Source of the DNA: Protoeuglena noctilucae
Lineage: Eukaryota
Assembly: GCA_958009085.1 (NCBI GenBank)
Contig: OY253684.1
Coordinates: 682,001 to 746,000, forward strand
Reading direction: 5' to 3'
DNA: 64,000 nucleotides
In this document: piece by piece, positions 47,937 to 58,246 of the stretch
Layout of the letters: each line of letters begins with the position of its first letter
Position numbering within the stretch: position 1 is the first letter of the stretch
The notes under the pieces: generated by a model
What the model saw: the letters and a program-made list of their open reading frames with translations, nothing else
Databases searched by the model: none
Told to the model about the DNA's origin: nothing
Program-made: the position numbers and the translations under genes

Positions 47937-49568
47937 TCAGAGATGCGCAGTCTGGGGTCGCTTCTCGTACAAAGGCTCGACGAAGATGGAGGAGGGCGCG
48001 TGCGCGCGGGCCCGGTAGAGCTGGTAGTAGTAGGACGAGTGCATGGACATGGCCTGGCTCGGGCCCCCCAGCACCCTTGTCTCATAGTGCCGCCGCTCGG
48101 CCTCCTTGGTCCGGTCGAAGTTGCCGTACAGCTCGCGCATCACGGGGGCGCCGTACTCGTAGTTGCGCACGATCCCCGTCATGTGCTCCGTGGGCTGGAT
48201 CTGCGCGGGTCGACAGCAGGACAGGGACATGGAAACCGGCAGGGGCCCCGGGGATGTGAAGAGCCGACGCAAGCGCCGAGTGGTCGCGAGACGAGCCGCC
48301 GCCGTCGCAGGGTGCACGTGAACAGCCTAGCCCAGCTGCTGCCAGTTGCCGGGCCGCACCTCGCCCGGCTTGAGCTGCCGGCGCATGTTGAGGTCTGGGT
48401 CCACCTCCTGGGGGTGCATGTGCTCCCCGCGGCCCATGATGCGCGCCGTCGTCGGCACGCGGTAGCTCTTCCCGGGCAGCCCCGGCCCCCGCACTTTGCG
48501 CTCCGGGTCCTCGGGCGCCAGGTACTGGATGTTGGCCCCGCAGACCTTGTAGCCCTTCAGGTCCGGGTTCTCCGGGATCATCTTCTTGGAGAAGACGTGC
48601 GCGTTGTCCGCGTCGTCCACGCCTTGGAACCCGTGGAACCTGCGGTGGCAAGCGGGTTCGGGCCGGTCACAGGCGGGTCGCAGCCAGAGCAGCGATCCAT
48701 GATGCGTTCCCTCCGCGCACTCCCACTGGAAGCCGCGCCCGGCGCTCACCCGAGAATGTCGCGGTCGTGGACCGTGCGGAGAAGGTGCGAGTGCTCGTTC
48801 TTCCTCTTCCCCTTGCTGGCCTGAATCTCCCCCGCGTGGTCGTGCTGCGCCCCGTGCCCCCGCATCGGGAGGTCCTTACCGCCCCAGCGCTGTAGCAGCC
48901 CCGCCGCGTCGCCGGGAGGCAGCCGCTTCAGCCCCTTCATCGGCTTCTGCGACGTTAAGGGACAGCGATGGTCGGGGGACAGGACGCGCTGGGCGATGGT
49001 CTCGCACCTGCAGCGGAGGACTGCGAGCCGTGCCTCCATCCCTGGCCTACGCGTGCCTCGCCTGGGGTCCGTACGGGAAGGGACTCCGGGGCAAGAAGAT
49101 GTCCGACCGCGGGGGGATTTTCATGGACTGAGGGTACTCGGCCTCGGGCCCCATGTTGCGGAACATGTTCGGCGAGGCCGTGTACGGGCGCTGCACGTAC
49201 CCGGAGTCCGTCCCGTCATGGAGAGCGTAAGGGACTTTGGCGCTGGCCCCTGCAAGGAGTAGGCGACGGCGGACAGCGGATGGCACATGGTGGGGTTGGG
49301 CAGAGTGCGCGGGGGCGCCACACGCTCGCAACGATGGCGCCCGAGTCGGGTCCCTATCTGCAAGGAGAACTGGCCCTCACCGCTCGGGCTGCCCTCCGGC
49401 TCAAAGGAGAGCTCGCGGTGGACAGGCGCCTTCTGGTCGCTCGCCCGCGAGAACCTCTCCGCGTAGCCGCCGGGGGCTCTGCGAAGGCGAGAGAAAGAGC
49501 AAGGAGTCAAGAGTGCAGGCGGTTGCCCCGCACGAAGCAGATCGCGGCTCCCGGGGCTCCCTCCGCAT
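47937..49568 (-). CDS. Hypothetical protein (~6 exons), possibly axonemal/ciliary
   Basis: Exons join in frame via GT-AG introns: MRREPREPRSAS|APGGYAERF...QRPYTASPNMF...KGYKVCGANIQYLAPE...YYYQLYRAR...KRPQTAHL*; no known domain recognised. Confidence 0.65.
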
Positions 49569-49966
49569 CCCTTAACAAGCCCCCCGGCAGCAGCTGGCAA
49601 CGACGGCCCGGGCCACCCCTGCGCGGACGCAGCGAGCCGCCGACATCCCTCGCAAGTGTGAGCCACGGGGAGCCGCGCATCCCGGAAGGCACGCGCTGAG
49701 AAACGGGCGTGCGGCATCCACAGGCCCACGGCCCTATGCGCCGGACACGGGAGCTCAGGGCGCGGCGGAGCGGAACCGATGGCATTCTTGCATTGAATTT
49801 CGACCCGCGCCACTCACGGGCCTCGGCCTGATGCGTCCATCGCCGCCCTCCTCCGCGCACGAAGCGATGAGCCGTCCGACCTCGCCACTGTTCACTTGAC
49901 CGCACCTACGTCACTCCTGCCGCAGAGAGGCCAGCTGGAAGCGCCTGAGCTGGTGGGGCCGGTGTG

Positions 49967-52900
49967 ATGGACCGGTTGTCGCGCGAAATCAAGGGGCGCG
50001 AAGTGTGGGTGCGGACGATGAGCTTCTCTGTAGCCCCTGGGGTTGGTCCTGAAGCGAGGATCCTTCGGCCAGTTTCTGACGCGTCCTTGTCAGGTGACCT
50101 GGGCCGTATCCAGGACCCCTCCCCGCTCAGGCATTCAGATTTTGCAGTTTCGACCGCGGCACCACGTTCCGTTGTTCATCTGGATGCGTCTGCGGTCCAG
50201 GAGTCGCTTAGCCGCTGCTGCTCACCGCTCCTGGCCTCCCCGGAGGCCGCCTTTCCGGGGATCTCGTGTTCGTTGGACGGTCGTAGTGGGGGAGATGCCG
50301 AGACGCTTTGTTTGTTGACGGGGCATGCTGCCATTGGGTCACCTCCCTGTCGCCGCGTGCGCCGGATCGACTACCTGGCCCTCAGGTGCGTACTACCGTC
50401 CCTAGTGTCGTAGGCGATACGGGCAACCCGGCCCTCGAGGCCGGCGGGCCTCGGCGAGGTCCGCTCCGAGGCGCAGCCTCGTGCGGGCCCCGCCCTCTGT
50501 ATCCCGCCGGCTGGCTAGAGCCATGCTTTACCATTGAGGGGGTGTGTGCGTCTCAGCACTCGGCGCCTTCCCCCCTGGCGGCAGGGACGAGGACTCAGCC
50601 CAACACCCTGTCTGCCCCCGTGGCCGCTCTCGCAGGGCGGGCCGGGTCCCGGGGCCCTTGGCTCCCGGCGTTTCAGGACGTCAATGCTTCGTCCCATGTC
50701 ACCCGCGACTTGGGGAGGCGCGCCCCCCTCCGTCCCCGGGCCGTGAGGGGGGGGAGCTGTCCCGCGGAGGATGACGAGCACACGGAGGCGGTCTCCGATG
50801 CGGGAGCGGCTGCGGCTGCTCTGGGTGCAGAAGACAGGGCGCGCGAGGACCGGATTGCGTCCCACGCGCCCGCCTCGACTTCAGGGGGCGAATCCATCTC
50901 GAGGTCGGCTTCGATCCGGGCAGGTACGGCGCGCGTGCCCGGATCCCGCACCGTCGGGGCGCAGAGAGCATCTGACGCGGATGCATTTCGAAGTTTGGAC
51001 TGTCTCGTCGCTGGGGGCGCTGCAGCGGCAGCGGAGCGCGGCGGTGTGCAGCGGTCACGTCACGACTTGCGAGTTGTGCCCCGCGCCGCCCGCGGACGCA
51101 GGCAGGGCCGCGTCGGTGTCAATGTCCTCGGCCCAGTCGCGCACGAAGGGGGGCCCGTCGGCGCCGGACATGTTTATGTTCGGCGTGGGCGTGGCCACGG
51201 CGACGTGGGCCATCGTGCAGCTCCAGCGCGCGCTCCGCGGCAACAGCGCGGCGTACGCTGCGGCAGACAAGAAGGAGGCCGTCGAGTACTTTGAGTCGGG
51301 TGCGGTGCTGACGTAGGCGGCGGCCCGTGTGACGTCGCGGGCAATCGCGCATGCAGCGGTCTCGGCGCAGCCTTGCAAGCTTGGCGCGGTCTCGCGAGCG
51401 CCTCTCTTTCATGCAACCCCGCGCTGTCCGAATCCGCAGGGGAGACCGTGGAGTGGGTGAACATGAGTTGGCGCAAGCTGTGGCGCGTCTACCAACGGGG
51501 GCTGGAGAAGTGGCTGGGAGAGATGCTCCAAAGCGTCTTTGACATGGGTGACGACCGCTGGCATGTCCTCTCGTGTTTCTGTCCAAAGTGCAGCCCACCC
51601 GTTCGTTTGCACGCGTTCTCGCTGCACGATGCCTTTGCTGCGACCCTCCTTTCAGCGGGCCCCGCCCTGAGCCTTGCAGTGACCCTGCCGTCCCCGTGCA
51701 CTCGCCGCAGTCACCAGCGAGTACACGCCGAAGTGGATTCGCCGCATGCGGATCGCCGAGTTCACGCTCGACCACGCGGCGCCCGTTTTCCAGAACATGC
51801 GGCGGCGCACGAGCCGCAAGGACTCTGACATCTCCGGCGTCGTGGACATCCGGTACACGGGCGGGGCGCGCATGCTGCTCGTCCTGGAAATCGGCCGCGG
51901 CAGGTGGAGCTTCAAGGTTCCGGTGCAGGTGCGGGGCATAGCGACGTCCGATGGTCGTCGCAGGAGCTGCTGCTTTGCTGGGCCCGGCGAAGCGGTTGGA
52001 AAAAGCGAGATGCTTATGTTTCAAATTGCCGCTCGATCAATGCAGGTGTCCGATCTGGACGTGGAGGGGAAGCTGTGGATCAAAATTCGCCTGGCGCCCA
52101 TGCCACCGTGGATCGGCACGCTGTCTGTGGCGTTCGTCGGCCCGCCGCGCATCCGCATCCAGCTGGCTCCGTACAACCGCATCCGCCTCATGCAGGTGAG
52201 TCAGTGCTGTCCACCGCCAAGCATGGCAGCCACCCGCAGCCACTCCGCACGCCTCTGACCTGCGTCCCAGCGCTTCCCACCTCCCAGGTCCCCGTGATTC
52301 AAAATTTCCTGCGAAAGCTTCTCACCGTGGACCTCCCGTCCCTTATGGTCCTCCCCAAACGCCTCGAGATCAGCGTGCCCCCCTCCATCACCTCGCTCGC
52401 CGAGGCGGCCGTCGGGCGAGACACCATCATGCGCGCCGTGGCCTCGGCCGTGCTCGAGGCGGACGCGCTGGAGCAGGCCCTCGACAACGTGCTGCCCCTG
52501 GGCAGGCAGGGACCCGCGGGGGGCGTCGAGCTGCCGGAGTCGTTCAAGGGAGAGCTGTCCGTTTCCCTCAGGGAGGCCCGGGACCTGGACGTCCCCGCCG
52601 TGCCCTGGCAGAGCAATCCGTACTGTCGGCTCGTCCTCGGGAGCCAGGTGAGGGTTATAACGGACATGCACGCAAGTGGGCCGCTGTGCACGCTGCATGA
52701 CGTGGCGTGCGTCTGGTCGCGAGCATTGGGCCGTTCCACGCTTCGTTTCCAGCGCTTTAATCGCCAAGGGTGCCGAGCCAGATGATGCGGTCTCGTCGGC
52801 TGCGGCGCAGGTGGCGGAGAGCAAGGGCAACAACGACACGGGCGTCGACCGACCGGCCATGCACAGCAGCTGGAATCAGGACTTCGAGTTCCTCGTGGAG

Positions 52901-55900
52901 AACCACGAGACGCAGGTGCTGGAGATCTACGTCCGCGACGTGCCCATCTCGGGCCGCACGCTCCTCGGGACGGTCCGCCTGCCCCTGTCGTCCCTCCCGC
53001 CCGACCGCACCGTGTCTGTGTGGCTGCCCATCGCCCCCGCGCCCATCGCCGCGCCCGAAGCCACCGCGAGCCGTCGCGTGGGCCGCGAGCGCTCCGCGGG
53101 CGAGCTCCGGCTCGAGCTCACGTACACGCCCTTCACCGAGGACGATGCGGATTTGGGATACCGCGAGGCGGAGCGGCTGGCCCAGCTCGTGCGCGAGCAG
53201 ATCGGGGAAATCACCGACGTCAAGAGCGCGGCCTACGCGAGCTCCCGGGCGGCGGTGGCCACCAGCGCTGCGGTGAGCGATGCGCGACTGCCACGGCTGG
53301 CGTCCGCCACCGCCTCGCTCAGAGGAGGGCGTGCCTGCGAGCGATGTGTTGTCGAACATCGCTGGCGTGTTCGCGCTCGCAGGTCAGCGCCCTGGCGGCG
53401 ACGAAGGCCAAAGCGGCGCGGGCAGCGGCGAGGGCGCTGCTGAGCTCCCGCAAAGCCCAGGCTGCAGCCGCGGAGATTCGGATGCCCCGCGCGCCGCCGT
53501 CCCCGTCCGCGCCCGGCGCTCTCCCGGCCGAGATAGAGCGCATGGCCGAGTCGTATCAGAACTTCCTGCAGAGCATCTCGGAGGACCCCGACAGGGCTGG
53601 GCCTGGCATGCGGGAGGAGCTGGCCATGTACGGCGACGGGCAGGGCTGGGGCATGGCGGGGCTGGGAGAGGAGCCTCCTTCCGAGGTGACGCGCAGCGCG
53701 CGAAGTGATGCGGCGCGTTCCGCTGCTCTGGCGGGCGTAGCATGTGCACGTGCGGGGCTGAGACGACGGGCATTGCTTTGCTTGCCCCTTGGCTCGGGCT
53801 CATGATGTGGTTTGCTTATGACACGTCGTTTGCCGCGTCCCGTCCGCAGGCGGACCTTCTCCGGCGGTCGCAGCGCGGTGGTCGCAGGGCCGTCATTCCC
53901 CCATGGGTGCGCCGCCCCGGTCCGGGCGAGCTGAGCGCGTTTGGCGTCTCGGACGTCCTCCCGACGGTTCGCGTCCGACAAAACACGGACGCCTCGGACG
54001 AGGAGATCGACTCGGTGCTGCGGGACGAGATCGGAGGGGCGGCATCCTCGTCAGACCGGGCACTGCCTGAGTCGGGGCGCGACGCGTCAGAACCCACGGC
54101 AGGGGCGGGGGCTGGGGCGGGGTCGGGGTCGGGGTCAGAGGCAACGGGGGACGCGGAGGAGGCGTCCTCGAGCAGCGGCGCGAGGTGGGAGCATTCGCGG
54201 GGTGCAGCTGAGGATGCACGTCTGCCGGTGCACGCGGGGGGCACATGGGCGGGTGCGGAGCAGGGGAATGGGAACGGGGCCAAGCACGCGGGGTCGCATG
54301 GAATGAGCCACGGGGGGGTCTACGGGGCAGCGCACGGGCGGGGGCGGTCGTTAGCGGAGCGCATGGGTATGGGGCGGGGTGGGCCGGCTGGGGTGTCTGT
54401 GGGGCCTCGGATGACGGCGAGCGGCGACGAGTTTGCGGGCTGGGATGGCATGGCGGGGTCGCATCCGGGGCGGCCGGGGCCCGGGGAGCGAGAGGGAGAG
54501 GGAGAGGGAGAGGAGGCGTTGGTGGTGGCGGGGGCGTCGGGACGGACGGCGGCGGAGGGTGGGGTGGCGAGGGAGGTCTCGCGGGGTCGGGGGGCGGGGC
54601 ACGGGCGGCCTGGAGGGGGTTCATCGAGCGGCGGAGGGGACAGGGGCGCAGGGCAAGCCGAGCCGGGTGACGCGGATTCACTGGCGTTACGGGAGGAAGT
54701 GGTGGCCTCCTGGATGGCACCCGGGCCTGGCGAGCAGGGGGTGCCGAAAGAGGGCGGGAGTGACGACAAGGGCAGCGGGGGCGATGAGGAGGGTGGTTGG
54801 GCTCGGGACGACGGGCGGGCGTTTTGGGGTGTGGAGGAAGTGGGGCCTGAAGGGCTGTCTAAGAAAGTGGGGCAGAGTCCGGGGCAGCTGGAGATCACGC
54901 TGGGGAAGGAACCGGGCGGGGAGTCTCGTGTGGCAGAGGCGGCAGAGGGGCGGGGAGGGAAGGAGGGCGGGGAGGGCAAGCGCGGGGGCGGGGGGTGGCT
55001 GGGGTGGGTGGGGGCGGTGGGGAGCTGGGCGGGGGGGCTGTTCCGGCGGGGGAAGCGGGAGCGGGAGGAGGGTGGCGAGGGCGAGGGGTCTGGCAGTGAT
55101 GGGGAGGCGTCTGCGGTGGCGGGGGCGTCTGGCAAGGACGGGCGGCCCTCGCGGGGGCGGCCGGTGTCACCGGACCGGGGCCGGGGCAAGGGCGGGGACG
55201 GCGCGGCGAGCCGGGAGAAGGGCGCGGCGCCGGAGGGGGCCAGCACGGGTGGGTGGCTGCGGGGCGGGCGGTACTTGGGCGCGGCGGCTGTGCGCCTCAC
55301 GCAGCGCACTGCAACGCAGTCTGTTGTTTGTCTGTTGTCTCAGGGGTTCCTTAGGACCCCGCAGTGTCGCTGCGCATCGTGTGTAACCCCTGCGCGACAC
55401 GTCTGAGTGGTTGCAATGTGTGCTCTGCGCGTGCAGGGGCAGAGGGGCCAAGGCAGGAGGAGGAGGGTGGTCCTCTGACGCGTGTGCCCGTGCCTGACGT
55501 AAACCCGGAGGAGATTCTGCGGCAGGTCTGGCGCGTGATGACGCTCAAGGACGTGAGGGTCGAGTCGATGTGGCGGAGGTACCTGCAAGAGAGCGAGGTG
55601 AGGGAGCAGAGGCGGAAGCAAGTGGCGGTGGCATGCGCTGGGAGTGATGAGGGACAGGCACCTGCAAGAGAGCGAGGTGAGGGCAGCGTCACACGCGGGT
55701 GGTCATTCAGTGTCGGTATAACGACAGGCAGCGTCCGGTGTAGGCGGTGAGGGACCTGCAGGCTTCGATCTCACCCTTAAGCGCTTTGTGACGGCGGCCC
55801 GTGGCCCTCGGTTCGCAGAAGCCCTGGCTCCAGCTCCTGGCCTTCCTCATGGCCGTCATGATCGTGCTCCTCTGTGTCGTCGCGTACCGTTTGAAGGAGG

Positions 55901-56244
55901 CAGAGGACTTCGGGCTGATCGACTCGGAGGCGGGGCGTGGGACCATGGACCTGCTAAGAGAGACGGCGGAGAGGGAGGTGAGAGGGAGGTGGTGGGGTGC
56001 ATGTTGTGAGCTGGTGGCTGGCGGAGGGTGGGGAGGGTGGTGGGGTGCATGCTGTGCCTGTGGTTTCATTCGCATCTACCCCTGCTTGCACCGACAGAAG
56101 CTGGAGAAGGAGATGAGGAGGACCAAGGTCTCGACTACGCCAACCCGCGCGATGGGGCCTGGCCGCGACAGGGCAGGCGCGACGGAGGGTCAAGAGGCGC
56201 GGGGCCCCGAGGGCGTCCCGCCGGCGCCAAATTTGCGTGTCTGA
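49967..56244 (+). CDS. SMP + C2 domain membrane-contact-site protein, NTMC2T5 (tricalbin/synaptotagmin-like)
   Basis: ETVEWVNMSWRKLWRVYQRGLEKWL...RRTSRK...RYTGGARML...DLDVEGKLWIKIRL...LLTVDLPSLMVLPK; C2 FKGELSV...NPYCRL...WNQDFEFLV; TM segments near 51170-51225 and 55820-55885; 5' end uncertain. Confidence 0.85.
55581..55683 (+). repeat. 24-bp direct repeat containing a donor-like site
   Basis: ACCTGCAAGAGAGCGAGGTGAGGG at 55581-55604 and 55660-55683. Confidence 0.85.
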
Positions 56245-56659
56245 GGGACGACGTGGCAGTTTTTGCGTCCCAGTCTGCCACAGTGATGATGTCCCATTCC
56301 CACGTCCGGACCCTAGCACGCCGCCAGTGGCGTTTGGCCTGCATCTAGCTACTAGTGCGTCCTGCCGGTCAGTGGAGCAGGGAGTTCAAGGAACGAAGAA
56401 CACAGATGAGGGTCGATGCATGAGTTGCTTCTGATTAGCCAGAGAAAGCATCAGAATCCGGAAAAGGGCCGGCAACGTCACTTGTTTGATCTAAGCTACA
56501 AAGGGGAAGCTCCCCGCGCGTGCCCGGAGCAGCTACGGGCCGCGCGTCCGCATGCAAGTGGGGGAGAGTCCGATGAGTGTGCGAGCGTCGGCACAAGCGC
56601 GCAGGACATGCGAGACGGAAGGGTATGCCTTTATGCCCGTGCCATAAGTCCTATTCGTT

Positions 56660-57893
56660 TCACGAATAAGTCCCCCCGCGGTCGGCGTGCTCGCGGATCC
56701 CGATCGTGCGCGCCTCCTGCCCCAGCGCGAGGCTGGGGCAGCAGCACCACATCGCCACGTCCCCCAGGCGCGTGCCCCGTATGCCCAGCATCGTCCGCAG
56801 CTTGGTGCGCTGCCGCGCCGCGTAGATGGCGACACCGGCGGAGGCGGGGAGGAACATGAGCGCCAGGCTCCGCAGGGCCAGGAGGTAGTCACAGCGGGTC
56901 GGCCCACGGAAGGGCACGGGCTCTGCGAAGAAGTGATCCTCCTGCGAGCGGAAACGCGCTAGACTAGGTTGGCGAGGATAGAGGGGTGCAGGACTGTCAG
57001 GTGCACATGGGCTGAGCCCAGGCCATGGCAAAGCACATTTACTTTCTCCCTTTGCTGGGGCTGCACTTGATGCTCGATGCCTACCCTAAACGCAGTCACT
57101 CGCCTCCACGACCTGGATGGGCGGACAGACGATGCCGACGGTCGAGTAGAGGGCGCAGTGGAAGAAGCAGGTGAGGAAGACGAACAGCAGGGCCTGCATC
57201 CAGCTGCTCGACCCAAGCCGGGTGGCGTTGCGGCCAAAGGCGGCGCACGGCACGCACGCCGCGAGGTAGCAGCCAAGCGGGGCTGGCCAGCCTGCGAGGG
57301 GTGTATGCGGAACGTGATGTTTGTGAGTCTCGACACGCTCGCGCGTAGGGATGGTGTGCGTGCGGCGTCACAGGGTGCATCTGCTTTGGCAATGCACTGC
57401 CACAGCTTGCAAGCGAAGGCACGAGCTGCACACAGCACTCACCGACTTTTCGCGCCTTGGCCATCTTCCGCTCCTGCGCTGGCTGCGAGCAGTCTGGAGC
57501 GGCACAGCACGCGGCTTCCCAGTGCCCCGATCCCCACGAGCCTCCCGCCCGGCTGCGGCGGACCACCCCCCCGCAGGCCGGACAGGAGGACGAGGACTGC
57601 TTCCCGGAGGTCGGCGAGGGCCGGGACGGTACCGAGCACCGGCACCGGAAGCGCCCCTCCTGCACAACAAGTGCCCTCGACATCTCCGCTAGAGGCATTC
57701 CAGGCGCCCATCCGACAATGCTTAAGCTCGCGGACCTCGAGTGGAGGCTCTTGCTTATGGTTCGGCCAATGTGCTGCAGCCCCAACTCCACGTCGCCGCA
57801 GAGATGCGCATCTCTCGACGTCGACGGGCCCTCCGAACACAGGTCAGCGCAGATGACAGGGGCGTCATCCCTCCCGAGCCGCTGGTACCTCAT
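56660..57893 (-). CDS. PLAC8 family Cys-rich membrane protein
   Basis: GHWEAACCAAPDC...GCYLAACVPCAAFGRN...AARQRTKLRTMLGIRG...DVAMWCCCPSLALGQEART. Confidence 0.82.
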
Positions 57894-58246
57894 CGTCGCC
57901 GCGCGGGTCCAGTCACGTCACCCTCGCCTCGCCTCCGCAGCTGGCGGTCTGGGAGCAAGGCAGGAGGGCGTCAGCGTCATCTCGACATCCAAACGCACGA
58001 CGTTCTCGGCAGCACGTATCAGAATTTCATCAATTTGCGCCCCCGCGGTCAACGCGGCCCTCGTCCCCGTCGGCCCAGCGCGACTCGTGCACGGAGAAGG
58101 AATTTGCTTGGCTGAGGTGTCGTTAATTGGCGAATTGCGAGACTGACGATGGCGAAAAGGGGCGCGCAGCGATGGTCGGAGCTGGCCGACCTCGTGCCAG
58201 TGGCACTGGCCTTACATCACTGGCTTCGACAGGAGCGGGTGAACCT

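Noticed and set aside
49047..49070. Possible sixth GC donor (CAG|GCGAGG) in the unknown gene
   Set aside because: It gives the wrong phase; an upstream GT donor (CC|GTACGG) restores the frame.
55985..56060. Short repeat GGTGGTGGGGTGCATG(T/C)TGTG x2
   Set aside because: Low-complexity intronic duplication with no evident function.
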